A stretch of DNA of 64,000 bases, taken from NCBI GenBank assembly GCA_030141605.1, contig JAQGDQ010000892.1:1-64000 (forward strand). Reading direction: 5' to 3'. This document shows positions 41,250 to 53,906 of the stretch, one piece after another (the first letter of the stretch is position 1; the number at the start of each line of letters is the position of its first letter). The position numbers were made by a program, and so were the translations under genes. Under the pieces are notes generated by a model. The model was not told the origin of the DNA. It ran no database searches and saw only the letters and a list, made by a program, of their open reading frames with translations. The DNA is from Tubiluchus corallicola (lineage: Eukaryota; Animalia; Priapulida).

Positions 41250-43337
41250 ATGGTGCGACTGTGCACTTTTCTGAGCTGGTCCGCCGCTTTACTCTCATTT
41301 GTGGGAGCATCATCACCTTTAAATATCAGCGATATTCCAGTAGGATGCGGTCCTTTCAGCTCCGGTGGTTGGCCACTCCGTATACGCGAACTCCGCATGA
41401 AAGAAAAGGATTTTGCAACGACAAGAAAATATTATCTGGGAATTAAAGACGAAATGCGTAATCCTTTCTTGGGAATTAGGGGAATGGAAGCACACATATT
41501 TCTTCGCGAAATGGAAGAGGGCACGACTGACAATAATTTGTTTTACGAAGGCTATACAAAATGGGTAGGTCCTTACGTAGAAATCAGAGAACAATATTTT
41601 AGTTTTTCGAAGATGCGCGACTACTTTCGTGTACACTGCCAAGATCAGTACGGTGAAAGATGGCCTAAAGTGGAGGTAGAGTTTAAATGCATGGCCAAGA
41701 ACCCCCCTTGGTTCAATTTTGGCCTAAGCGAAAATCCCAGAAATTATCACTGGGTATCTCTTTCCATATATTTAGACCCATACGATGCTCATGAACCGAG
41801 TATCATAGCAGGTGGCAGTCATTACCTAGGCGAAGACATTCCTGTTGGTTCCAAGGTCATCAATATGTGTGGGGGAGATCTTGATGTGTGGGATTATGTA
41901 ACCGGGTTTACATTATGTCTGGGTCAGGAATCCAACCTTGTTAATTGTAATAGCGAAGAATATTTTGCAACTGAACCAGAAGAGCAGTTTCGACAACCTC
42001 ATGACTACTTCCCTCATATGACATGTCAACATGTGTACCTGAAGAAATCGTTGATTGATAAAGTTGGCCAAAATTTCCAAATTCGGGTCAAGCTGATACC
42101 TGATAATCCTAGACAGAAAAAATCTTTCCGCTGGAAAACAATTTATGTAACTGATAAAAACAATCAAGGTCCCGAATTTCGCCACAGAATTTACACAGCC
42201 AGGGCACACAGTGCAACTGGTTTGGAAGAAGTTGAACCTGCTACGATAAAAGCTGTTGACAAAGACATGAATAAAAATGAGGTTTTTTACACCTTTCCAT
42301 TTCCAAACCAAGTTGAGGGCAAATTTCGATTTGAATGGAATGGGCAAATTTCTGCCGTACAACAGCTTCCACCTTCAGCTAACTACTACGCTCTCATCCA
42401 AGCCACTGAGCACGAAGATGCCACGCACTACGACAGGGCCCTGTTATCTATCAAAGTCCGTAACGCCACAAAAACCGTAACGTTCGACAAAGAAAGTTAC
42501 TCGGCAAAACTCTCTGCATACGAACTTAATAATACGCCTACAATGGTACTGTTCATAGAAGCGACCATGACGAACTCGAATATGTCAGTTGATTATAAAT
42601 TGATACCAGATGGCGGTCAGATTCCGAGTTATATGTTCGAACTGGTTGTCGTACAAAGAAAAGCAGAAAAGACACTTATTAGACTAGACATGGTAATAAA
42701 CATGGTCATTAGGGACGAATACAATTTGGTCGTACAGGCATTTCATTGTGCATCCGAATCGAACCCATATTTATGTCGAATAGGTTCGGCTGACATTACT
42801 GTTACGGTAGTAAAAGGTATTATGAACAAACCCATGTTCACTCAGACAACTTACAGACTGGACAGTGCAGGAACTGCTGGGTCATATGCAGGACAGGTAA
42901 TGGCGTATTATAGAGGTTACACTGACGAACAGGTAATGTATTCGATTCTTACGTATGACGAAATGTTCAAAATTGATAACAAAGGAAGAATTTCATTGAA
43001 GAGTGACGGATTTGGCACCATAGAAATTGCAGTTGGAGCTTGCAGCAGGGCCGCTTTAGATTTCGCTGACACCAGGTGTGCTTATACTAAAGTAATAATT
43101 GTAATGACAACTGTGACCAATCTTAATGAAACTGAATATAGACCTCTTCCCGAAGCCTCGCGTGCGCACCAGAGCAAAAAAGCACCTCCGAACTTTGGAA
43201 TTTGGATGATGGTGGTGGTTATTGGTTTGATGTGTGTGGTCACTATCGGTGTGCTTTTTCTTCTTTTTCGTCAAGGGAAATGGTTTAACTCTGTTAGTAG
43301 CTCTACTCAAATGGGTGTGGCAAGCGATGACAATTAA
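41250..43337 (+). CDS. Single-ORF cadherin-domain type I membrane protein, copy 2 (695 aa)
   Basis: Same architecture as copy 1. 28 amino-acid differences by eye, 20 of them in residues 23-160. Confidence 0.9.
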   Translation: MVRLCTFLSWSAALLSFVGASSPLNISDIPVGCGPFSSGGWPLRIRELRMKEKDFATTRKYYLGIKDEMRNPFLGIRGMEAHIFLREMEEGTTDNNLFYEGYTKWVGPYVEIREQYFSFSKMRDYFRVHCQDQYGERWPKVEVEFKCMAKNPPWFNFGLSENPRNYHWVSLSIYLDPYDAHEPSIIAGGSHYLGEDIPVGSKVINMCGGDLDVWDYVTGFTLCLGQESNLVNCNSEEYFATEPEEQFRQPHDYFPHMTCQHVYLKKSLIDKVGQNFQIRVKLIPDNPRQKKSFRWKTIYVTDKNNQGPEFRHRIYTARAHSATGLEEVEPATIKAVDKDMNKNEVFYTFPFPNQVEGKFRFEWNGQISAVQQLPPSANYYALIQATEHEDATHYDRALLSIKVRNATKTVTFDKESYSAKLSAYELNNTPTMVLFIEATMTNSNMSVDYKLIPDGGQIPSYMFELVVVQRKAEKTLIRLDMVINMVIRDEYNLVVQAFHCASESNPYLCRIGSADITVTVVKGIMNKPMFTQTTYRLDSAGTAGSYAGQVMAYYRGYTDEQVMYSILTYDEMFKIDNKGRISLKSDGFGTIEIAVGACSRAALDFADTRCAYTKVIIVMTTVTNLNETEYRPLPEASRAHQSKKAPPNFGIWMMVVVIGLMCVVTIGVLFLLFRQGKWFNSVSSSTQMGVASDDN

Positions 43338-43755
43338 ATTCTATTCATTTCAATTTTTATTTCGGTAACTGAGACTATATACAAATACAAATACATCCCA
43401 AAAATGGAATAAATTGAGCCAATTTTTTTTACAGGCTAATAAAACATTTCTAGTTTAAAACAACACAACTTTTTTATAAACTTTATTATAAACTTCCAGT
43501 TACTCATAGCTCTGGTAACAATGGTGAGCTTTGTGGCCAGATGCACAAATATGGTCATTAATGCTGGTATGTGTGCATGTATATGTATATGCAAATATAT
43601 GTGTACATGTATATGTATACATGTATATGCAAATATATGTGTACATGTATATGTATATAAGTGTGATGTCAAACGCTATATATATAAATATATACATATA
43701 CACATACACATATAAATGCATATACATATTCATATACATAGATACATATAACTAT

Positions 43756-43832
<77 letters not shown>

Positions 43833-43956
43833 CAGGGATAGTAAATTAAGTAATAGTAAATGTAAATAGCAAATTAAGACCTAAATAAACATTAGAGACT
43901 AATTAAGCAATAACTCGTTCCATTTCACGAAAAGGCAGGAACTGACAAGTCTATAT

Positions 43957-46299
43957 CAAAGTATACACAATAAAGTAGGGAAAGTCCTTCTGCGCAGTAG
44001 TTCGCGCAGTTAGTGTCGCCCTAGCGGCTATTCAGTGCGGCCTGTTGTTGTCAGGTACGCAACAGCGCAGGCTGTGGGTACTGTAGCAGATGAATTGATG
44101 AGACCATCAAAACCAGCCCGGTTAACAGGCGCTCATAAATTGCTCAGCAGTGAGTTGCAAAAACACAAAAAGATATCTTTTTAAATTTCGCAAGGATGCA
44201 GCCAGGTAATTATAATAAAATGTTAATTATAACACAGTTTTGAAACTTTGGTTACTAGTTAAATATTTTGTACGCTAAGCAAAGACTGCAAGGCCTACAT
44301 CTCTCTTTGACGATTTATAGCAGCTGTTATCTTTTTGAGTATTATTTAAAGTAAGCATAAGGCGTTAAGAATAATTTGTAGTTAAAATAAAAATTATTAT
44401 AATCATATCTCATAAAAATTAATAGGCTTATTTACAAAAGAAGTTAAGAAAGTTGATCAAAAGAAAGAATACCTGGCTCATGTAGTATTCGATTTCTGGA
44501 GAAATATTTTTTCTAAAAAACATTTCTATTTCATATGTTCTTATCAGGAAATATAACTTGAAGAAATATTAGGCCTGACTTTCATGTGTAATACCTTTCA
44601 TAGAAAAAAATCGATTTTTTCAGAAGAGCAAATAATTTTCCAGAACATAACTTAATCTAAACATCTGCATGTTTTGTTAATTCCAAGTTAAAAAATGTTT
44701 AAAAAGCATATAATCATACATTGGCCTTTGTTATGAGTTGGAGTTAGTTATAAAATTACGTTGAACAAGCAGAGATGTATTTACGACATTACTCCTCTTT
44801 TTTATTATCAGTGAACAAAAAATAACTGAAGGAAACATCAGAGCTGTCATCCTAAGCAGCCGACATAACTTCCAACTCTATAACAACCAACTAACTATGT
44901 CAAAACCTAGTTAAAGAATTCAGGCGAGAAGCATAAATTAGAATCTGCACGCGTGTCATAATACCTTATAATATCATGTGCAGACATTACTTATATTTGG
45001 CCTAATTTTTTAAGATTCAGTTAGGCTTACATCAAAATAAATGTTCATTAAATACAGTTTGCTTACATGTAAAAAATGTACTTGTATAATGTTCTTTTGT
45101 TTTGTTTATTAATTAGACTCTTTAGTATTATTTTAATGCATGTACTTTGCAGCTTGATTCAGTTCCCTATTTGAAAGTTTGTTTAAATTTCTGTTTGGCT
45201 AGCTTGCTTTTCATTTTATTTAGTTTGTTTTTTATTATTTTTATTTAGTATTATTGTTATTATTTTGCATGTTTTTCTCATATTGAGTTATGCATGGACA
45301 ATATGACAGCTTGAATTTGGTCATTTTTTGCACTAATGTTTTTCTTTTGCTAATAGGTACCATTACGACCTTTGTTACTTTATTAGTAAGGTATAAATCA
45401 ATTTAAATGAAATTATTCATTCATCGCCGCCTATATCAAAATCGTAATTACATATTAAGTTTTCCTCATGTTTCCTTGCTGTTCATTACATCTTTTACTT
45501 TATTTCAAAATTATTTCAATATTTATATCAAAATCGTAATTCCATATTGTGTTTTTCTTATGTTTCCTTGCTATTATTACATCATTTACTTTATTACATC
45601 AATTTCATTGAGTCATCTACAAAAGCACGCATATCTTTAATAATTTTTTCATTTTCATTTAAGTAAGGTGAGTGTGTTAATGACCGTATGGTCGTACACT
45701 CACCTCACACTACTCAAATTATTTTATTTATTGTTTATTTATGTGTACAATATTGTATTTTGATGTGTGAAATAAAATTCATAGTTCATAGTTCCGTCTT
45801 TCTTTTAACTCTCTCTCTCTCTCTCCCCCTCTTTCTCTCTAAGAGAGGGGAGGGAGAGAAAAATCAATAAATCAATGAAAAATGCATTACTTCTTTACAT
45901 AGCAGGCAGCCCATCACGCAGTCAGCTAGCCTCTTTCCTCAGGAAAAACAATAAAATTTTACTTACAAGAAAACTGAACAGGCATTTGCAAGTACATATT
46001 ACAAACTTATTGCTACAATTTTTTTCCTTTTCATGAAATGTTTTCAGTTTTTTTAAACTAATAATTGCTTTTAATTGAGATATACTTCTTTTATTAAAAA
46101 CGCAAAAGTGATTTTGGCTTATCAAAATTGCACGTATGCCAACACTACTGGTGAACTTAATAATATTATTATTACAGTCAATGCGGCGCTCCAAATTTTT
46201 CACTGAATGGCCGTTTGATGCCGCCAGCATAGCCGCTAATCGCAAAAAGGAAATACGTAACATTAGGCGACTTTCGTCACTTCCTCTTTATACACTTTG
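43957..46299. mobile_element. 2343-bp non-autonomous DNA transposon insertion, P-element-like
   Basis: Absent from the paralogous sites in units 1 and 3 (AAGTCTATATGGTG). Termini CAAAGTATA / TACACTTTG. TSD TCTATAT at 43950-56 and 46300-06 (8 bp if the preceding G is counted). Confidence 0.85.
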
Positions 46300-47879
46300 T
46301 CTATATGGTGAACTAACAATAGCAAATATAATACTATTGCCAGCGTACAGCAGTAACCTATTTCGAATGCTATAACGTGACGTTCTGCCAATATGACTAA
46401 GATTGTGTAGAAGTAGGTTTACACAAAATTGTATCATGTCAACAACAACGCGTTGCATGTATGAAAAATATTTTAAACGAAAGATGGCGGCCGTTTTTAT
46501 ACTTTGAAACCAGGTTTTACCATCCAATTATAATCTCACAAGGATGAGCAGAAGGTTTTTAATTTAAAAAAATGTATTTACATCGTTTTAAAAAGTTATG
46601 ACTCGTTTAGACGTAGACGCTTCTTTCGCAACTTGTTGCACAACTTCTCCGAGAGTAAAGTTACACGTGTGAACGGCTAGGCAGCTACTCTTATTTTGAG
46701 GACAGAAGTTGCCATAAAGCGTTCATATGTGCGGTTTGCGAAGAAAGTTACCATGTGTAACTCTACTCTCAGAGAAAAGTTGCGTGAGAAGTCTGTACGT
46801 CTGAACGGGCCTTTACTCTCAACAGAGTCAGTGTGTATGTTAACTTCCCAAGCCAATGAGACAAAGTTATGTTGTGTTGGAGACATAATATGGATTAAGA
46901 TTGCATTAATAATGCCACATTTGGTTTGATTAACATCACTACTTCTTAAGTGAGTTATTAGTATGAAGATGATTACCAATATGTCCGTCATTGACACATC
47001 ATTTGATGTTAATGAATACAGTAACAATTATGATGATATCATCAACAGCAGCAGTAACACCATCCCCATCGGCAACACCAATAGCAGCAGTAACAACCAC
47101 AACCACAACAACAACAACGGCAACAGCAACAATTGTTGCAGTAACAACAGCAACAACAGCAATAGCAAGAGCAAAAACAGCAGCAGCAACAACGACAGTG
47201 ACAGCCACAACGACGACAACAACAACAGTAGCAGCAGCAACAACGACAGTGACAGCCACAACGACGACAACAACAACAGTAGCAGCAGCAAAACAGCAAT
47301 AGCAACAACGACGACGACGACGACGACAACAACAACAATGGCAACTGCAACAACTGTCGCAGTAGCAACAGCAACAACAGCAACAACAACAACAGTAGCA
47401 GCAGCAAAACAACAATAGCAACAACAACATCAACAATAGCAACAACGACAACAGCGATAATGACAACGACGACAACAACAAAAGTTTATATTTTTTGTCG
47501 ATAAAAATGATAATTATGAACCTGATTCTGATCATCAAGAAGCAATTAATTGATGAAAGCTGAAAATTCTGAAGTTGCTCCTTGCTAGTGATGACAAATT
47601 AGGTAAAAACTAATTGATTTTTGATTATGAATAACCTCAAAGATAGCTGACGTAATTGTTGAGATTTCAATTTATAAATTAAAAAGCACGAATATTATAA
47701 AGAAATTAATCAGTCAGTTATAACGAATATTACAATAAAAACTGCTTAAAATATTTACATATTCGTAATAGATACGTCCCAGGCACAATTTATAAATAAA
47801 CTGTAACGAGACAGATCGTTAAAGTATCAGTAGTGTGCAGAAGGGTTGTTCGAAGTTCATTTCCGAAGTAAGCTAATTA

Positions 47880-48459
47880 TTTGTTCTGTATACGAAGTAC
47901 TTAAAAATAGTACATAATTACTTTTGTAGTTTTATTGTGCAAGTATATATATATAGGAAACTGTCTTATCGTATCATTAACCGTGTATTTGTTTAATGAC
48001 ATAAAAGATGAATTAAAAACTGTTCAGCCAATTCAAAAATTCAAAAGGAAATACAGAGCAATGATTCTCAACAAGTACAACATTTCTTAATTTCCTACAC
48101 CTACTGCAGCAGTCATACCACAATCCTGGTACAGATTATGCAAAACAAGGCATCATTGATAAACCTTTAGAGCTGATGTCAACATAGCGCAATCTATTGT
48201 CTTTCTTCCTACTATTTCCACTAACACATCCTTCTACCCTTCCTTTCTCCCAGTTCTTTTTTTTGTTCACTCATCCATTCTTTTTTTATCGGGTTCACAT
48301 GACAGTGGGCTTATACAAGCCTTTGCTTCTCTAGCCCACTACAATGCAATTAATCTTTTATGATATTGATAGTGTATGAAACATAACAATTTCAAACAGT
48401 ATGATGTAATAATTTTGATATCACTGTGTGCTTAATGTCATTATATTGTACTGAATGTG

Positions 48460-48504
<45 letters not shown>

Positions 48505-48520
48505 AAAATAAAAATAAATA
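47880..48520 (+). mobile_element. L2/Crack-like LINE 3' end fragment
   Basis: LFNDIKDELKTVQPIQKFKRKYRAMILNKYNIS* (47989-48090) resembles the LWNxLxxxxKxxxSxxxFKxxxKxxLLxxY C-terminus. Followed by a stem-loop (GTGGGCT...AGCCCAC, about 48306-48339) and a (TAA)n tail. Confidence 0.6.
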
Positions 48521-48640
48521 AATGAATGAATAGGCCTGGTATGAAGTCCAAGTAACTCGCTGGGAAAAGCTGATAGTTGTTGGAGCAGGTCTTTCTCCGT
48601 GTTTAGAGGCAAAGCTATCTCTTAACTTAATAAAACTACT

Positions 48641-48711
<71 letters not shown>

Positions 48712-49112
48712 CTTTTATTTATCTTGTAACACACGCACAGTTATAATACAATTAATTTGGAAACAAAAATGTGAAGAAAGGGCAGCGAAAGACCAGTTAG
48801 TCATCTAGTCAGCTGCCCTTTGGTTAGTGATGAACATTTTTATAAGCACTATGCTACAGTGTATTAGTGTTAGTACTGATTATAATAATAATTTAATTGT
48901 TACGAATGACATTAAATTGGTATGCTTATAACGTGTTAATACAATTCATACACAGTAATAAAACGTTCATAATAAAATATCAAACAAGAGCTGAAAATAA
49001 AAAAACTGACAACAGAAACATAAAAACAATGGCAACTGAAATATACTTTATAACACAAGCATAATTCCAAGACATAAGCAAGCGAATGTGTAATAGAATC
49101 ATTAAAAAATGC

Positions 49113-52100
49113 AGAACGCATGACTCTAACCTGCGTCACAATGAGTTCGTATTTTATTAATACCCAATGAATGAGCAAAATAGTGCAAAACAATGGAAGG
49201 TACAAAACGTAAATCGAATTGTCACTTCTCCTTGGAAGAACCACTTTGTTCAAAAGAGAGGAACTAAAAGTGTCGGCGCTACTTCTATGAATAAAGCTAC
49301 TCTCTAGTGAAGAAACTCTAAGAAGGTCTTTAAAGTCACGAAATGGTGCGACTGCGCACTTTTCTGAGCTGGTCCGCCGCTTTGCTCTCATTTGTGGGAG
49401 CATCATCAGCTTTAAATTCCAGCTATATTCCACCAGGATGCCAACGTTTACGTGGGTGGCCACTCCGTATACGCGAACTCCGCATGAAAGAAAAGCATTT
49501 TGCAACGACAAGAAAACATTATCTGGGAATTAAAGACAAAATTGAACCAGGTAGTTGGTGGAACACAGAAGCGCACATATTTCTTCGCGAAAGGGAAAAG
49601 GGGCAAACTGACAATACTTTGTTTTACGAAGGCCATACGAAAAACGTAGGTCCTTACATAGGAATCAGAGATCCATATTTTAGTTTTTGGAAGATGCGTG
49701 ACTACTTTCTTGGAGACAACTTTCGTGCACACTCTCTAGACGAGTATGGTGAAAGATGGCCTAAAGTGAAGGTACAGTTTAAATGTGTGGACACTAATAA
49801 TGGCCTAAGCGAAAATCCCAGAAATTATCACTGGGTAGATCTTTCCATATATTTAAACCCATTAGATGCTCATGAACCGAGTATCATAGCAGGTGGCAGT
49901 CATTACTTAGGCGAAGACATTCCTGTTGGTTCCGAGGTCATCAATATGTGTGGGGGAGATATTGATGTGTGGGATTATGTAATAGGGTTTACATTATGTC
50001 TGGGTCAGGAATCCGACATTGCTAATTGCAGTAGCGAAGAATATTTTGCAACTGAACCAGAAGAACAGTTTCGACGACCTCATAAGCACTTGACTCATAT
50101 GAGATGTCAACATGTGTACCTGAAGAAATCGTTGATTGATAAAGTTGGCCAAAATTTCGAAATTCTTGTCAAGCTGATACCTGATAATCCTAGACAGAAA
50201 AAATCTACCCGCACGAAAACAATTTATGTAACTGATAAAAACAATCAAGGTCCCGAATTTCGCCACAGAATTTACACAACCAGGGCAGACAATGCAACTG
50301 GTTTGGAAGAAGTTGAACCTGCTACGATAAAAGCTGTTGACAAAGACAAGAATAAACATGGGGTTTTCTACACCTTTCCATTTCCAAAACAAGTTGAAGG
50401 CAAATTTCGATTTGAAAAGAACGGGCAAATTTCTGCTGTAAAACAGCTTCCCCTTTCAGCTAACTACTACGCTCTCATCCAAGCCACTGAGCACGAAGAT
50501 GCCACGCACTACGACAGGGCCCTGTTATCTATCAAAGTCCGTAGCGCTGCAGAAACCGTAACGTTCGACAAAGAAAGTTACTCGGCAAAACTCTCTGCAT
50601 ACGAACTTGATAATACGCCTACAATGGTACTGTTCATAGAAGCGACCATGACGAATTCAAATATGTCAGTTGATTATAAATTGAAAGCAGATGGCAACCC
50701 CATTGCGAGGTATATGTTCGAACTGGTTGTCGTACAAAAAAAAGCAGAAAAAACACTTATTAGACTAGACATGGTAAGAAAAATGGGATATGAGAACGAA
50801 CACAGTTTGGTCGTAGGGGCATTTCATCGTGCATCCGAATCGGACCTACATTTAACACAAATAGGTTCGGCTGACATTACTGTTACGATTGTAAAAGGTA
50901 TTATGAACAAACCCATGTTCACTAAGACAACTTACAGACTGGACAGCGCAGGAACTGCTGGGTCATATGCAGGACAGGTGAAAGCGTATTTTAGAGATTT
51001 CACTGACGAACAGGTAATGTTTTCGATTCTTACGTATGGCGAAATGTTCAAAATTGATAACAAAGGAAGAATTTCATTGAAGAGTGACGGATTTGGCACC
51101 ATAGAAATTGCAGTTGGAGCTTGCAGCAGGGCCGCTTTAGATTTCGCTGACACCAGGTGTGGTTATACTAAAGTAGTAATTGTAATGCCAACTATGATGG
51201 ATCTTAATGAAACTGATTATAGACCTCTTCCCGAAGCCTCGCGTGCACACCAGAGCAAAAAAGCACCTCCGAACTTTGGAATTTGGATGATGGTGGTGGT
51301 TATTGGTTTGATGTGTGTGGTCACTATAGGTCAGCTGTTTCTTCTTCTTCGTCAAGGGAAATGGTTTAACGCTGTTAGTAGCTCTACTCAAATGGGTGTG
51401 GCAAGCGATGACAATTAAATTCTATTCATTTCAATTTTTATTTCGGTAACTGAGACTATATACAAATACAACCCAAAAATTTTTAAATGAGTCAATTTTT
51501 TTACAGGCTAATAAAACATTTCTAGTTTAAAACAACACAACTTTATTATAAATTTTATTATAAACTTCCAGTTACTCATAGCTCTGGTAACAATGGTGAG
51601 CTTTGTGGCCAGAGGCACAAATATGGTCATTAATGCTGGTATGTGTGCATGTATATGTATATATGTATATGCAAATATATGTGTACATGTATATGTATAT
51701 ATGTATATGCAAATATGTATACATGTATATGCATATATATGTGTATATGTATATGTATATATGTGTATATAAGTGTGATGTCGAATGCTATATATATAAA
51801 TACACATACACATATAAATGCATATACATATACATATACACATATATATGCATATACATATACATAGAAACATATAAATATACACACACACATATATATA
51901 TATACAGGGTTAGTAAATGAAGTAATAGTAAATGTGAATAGCAAATTAAGACCTAAATAAACATTAGAGCCTAATTAAGCAATAACTCGTTCCATTTCAC
52001 AAAAAGGCAGGAATTGACAAGTCTATATGGTGAACTAACAATAGCAAATATAATACTATTGCCAGCGTACAGCAGTAACCTATGTCGAATGCTATAACGT

Positions 52101-52413
52101 GACGTTCTGCCAATATGACTAAGATTGTGTAGAAGTAGGTTTACACAAAATTGTGTCATGTCCACAACAACGCGTTGCATGTATGAAAAATATTTTAAAC
52201 GAAAGATGGCGGCCGTTTTTATACTTTGAAACAAGGTTTTACCATTTAATTATAATCTCACGAGGATGAGCAGAAGGTTTTTAATTTTAAAAATGTATTT
52301 ACATAGTTTTAAAATGTTATGACTCGTTCAGACGTAGACGCTTCTTTCGCAACTTGTTGCACAACTTCTCCGAGAGTAAAGTTACACATGTGAACGGCTA
52401 GGCAGCTCCTCTT
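49113..52413 (+). repeat. Older, more diverged duplication unit 3 carrying gene copy 3
   Basis: Upstream homology starts at AGAACGCATGAC. Downstream homology ends at GGCTAGGCAGCTCCTCTT. Confidence 0.88.
49343..51418 (+). CDS. Single-ORF cadherin-domain type I membrane protein, copy 3 (691 aa)
   Basis: Same architecture. Four in-frame indels (-2, -2, +5, -5 aa), all within the N-terminal domain. Confidence 0.9.
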   Translation: MVRLRTFLSWSAALLSFVGASSALNSSYIPPGCQRLRGWPLRIRELRMKEKHFATTRKHYLGIKDKIEPGSWWNTEAHIFLREREKGQTDNTLFYEGHTKNVGPYIGIRDPYFSFWKMRDYFLGDNFRAHSLDEYGERWPKVKVQFKCVDTNNGLSENPRNYHWVDLSIYLNPLDAHEPSIIAGGSHYLGEDIPVGSEVINMCGGDIDVWDYVIGFTLCLGQESDIANCSSEEYFATEPEEQFRRPHKHLTHMRCQHVYLKKSLIDKVGQNFEILVKLIPDNPRQKKSTRTKTIYVTDKNNQGPEFRHRIYTTRADNATGLEEVEPATIKAVDKDKNKHGVFYTFPFPKQVEGKFRFEKNGQISAVKQLPLSANYYALIQATEHEDATHYDRALLSIKVRSAAETVTFDKESYSAKLSAYELDNTPTMVLFIEATMTNSNMSVDYKLKADGNPIARYMFELVVVQKKAEKTLIRLDMVRKMGYENEHSLVVGAFHRASESDLHLTQIGSADITVTIVKGIMNKPMFTKTTYRLDSAGTAGSYAGQVKAYFRDFTDEQVMFSILTYGEMFKIDNKGRISLKSDGFGTIEIAVGACSRAALDFADTRCGYTKVVIVMPTMMDLNETDYRPLPEASRAHQSKKAPPNFGIWMMVVVIGLMCVVTIGQLFLLLRQGKWFNAVSSSTQMGVASDDN

Positions 52414-52620
52414 GGCTTGAGGACGTTAAATAGGCAGATGGCTAAAGCACAAAAAAATTACCTATATGACAAAATGAGGAGATTGACAATTGAAGTCCAG
52501 ACTTTGAAAATGATCTACAGAAGTTAGACAATAAATAATTAAATACATATTGAAGTTAATTGAACCTGCTATAACAGTAATTGCTCTTGCAATGTAGGTA
52601 TTGCGATACAAGGAATACTC

Positions 52621-53316
52621 GGCGCTATTACACTTTCGCACCGCCTAGTTTTTCCCAGGTTATTACTCGTTTTTAGGCTCGTACTTCATTATTCTATTAT
52701 TCTTACATCATCAGTGAATGTTTCCGCTAATCTAATTGTAATTTAATCATATATTTAGGTATAATTACCAATAATTATGCTGTATTCACAGTTCTACACA
52801 GTATCGCCATCTTGTTTGTATGTGTAGTCACGTGACGAATTTCGTACTAGTTTATGCATCATCAGGGCCTAGCTTAAAAGGCACCTGACACACTTTCATC
52901 TTAACTGCATTTACGAAATAAAGAAAAAACCTTTACTTTTATAATCTAATATGTGGGAACACTGTAATATGATACAAACTCCCGTGGCTGCAACCATAAT
53001 AATCATAAATTATGCAAAAAACTAAAAATACAGGTTAAGGGCAACATACCGTCACTGCGCGAGAGCGATTGCGCATTAGTGGTGTAAACACGGTTATTCA
53101 CGTGGAGCTTTTTGCGTAATGGCGGTATGAGTAATGGTAATGGTAAGTAATGTATGATTTAAATTTGATTTTAATCTGGAATTATAAAGCCTAAAAACCT
53201 ATATTATTGTGGGGAATATGGTGTATATTACGCCTGTTGGTCGCTTTCTGGCCTGCAGGCGTGAAAACAACCAATAGGCCAGGAAAAGCTAGGCGGTGCG
53301 AAAGTGTGATAGCGCC
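52621..53316. mobile_element. MITE with 35-bp terminal inverted repeats, superfamily uncertain
   Basis: GGCGCTATTACACTTTCGCACCGCCTAGTTTTTCC / GGAAAAGCTAGGCGGTGCGAAAGTGTGATAGCGCC. No clean TSD. Confidence 0.8.
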
Positions 53317-53906
53317 AACTTCGTTGATTAAATGTTGAATTGTAAAATGTTGTGAGGTCTACTAACACTTAGACATTTTAATATGTGCTAACAGTATTTA
53401 AAGGGAAGTTAGTTTTTCCCCATGTAATAAAGACACTAAGTGCGTCAGAGTAAAGATTTTTGACCCCATTTTGCTGTAATCGACTCTCCAGCTTTTACAG
53501 GTTTCGTTTCCTGTATTCCGTTCCTTAAGACTTTGATTCTTATAGGTTTATCTGCCATAGTTACATAAATTAACATAATAAATTTACGTAATTACTTAAC
53601 TATTGTAAGATATTCTTTTATGCAGAAGCAGGATAATACGACAGTTGTGCATGCGTGACGTAATGTTGATAGAAATGACGTAATCTCAGGAAAGCAGATA
53701 AAGCAAAAATGGAAAGTGTTTTGCTACGGGAAGACAATTTCTGCGTCGATGAGTCATACATTTTAACAGGAAAATAACGCAAAATGTTCGTTCATTTAAT
53801 TTAAATTGTGCGCCTGAAGGAACTACTCATACACAATGTTATAACTTATATTAAACTTAAAAATTAAAAAACATGGCACCCAAATATTTTCGAAAGTACC
53901 CTCTTG

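Larger units (their letters stand above)
40918..47816 (+). repeat. Segmental duplication unit 2 carrying gene copy 2 plus a 2.3-kb insertion
   Basis: Colinear with unit 1. Homology ends at ...CTGTAACGRGACAGAT (40915 / 47816). Confidence 0.9.
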
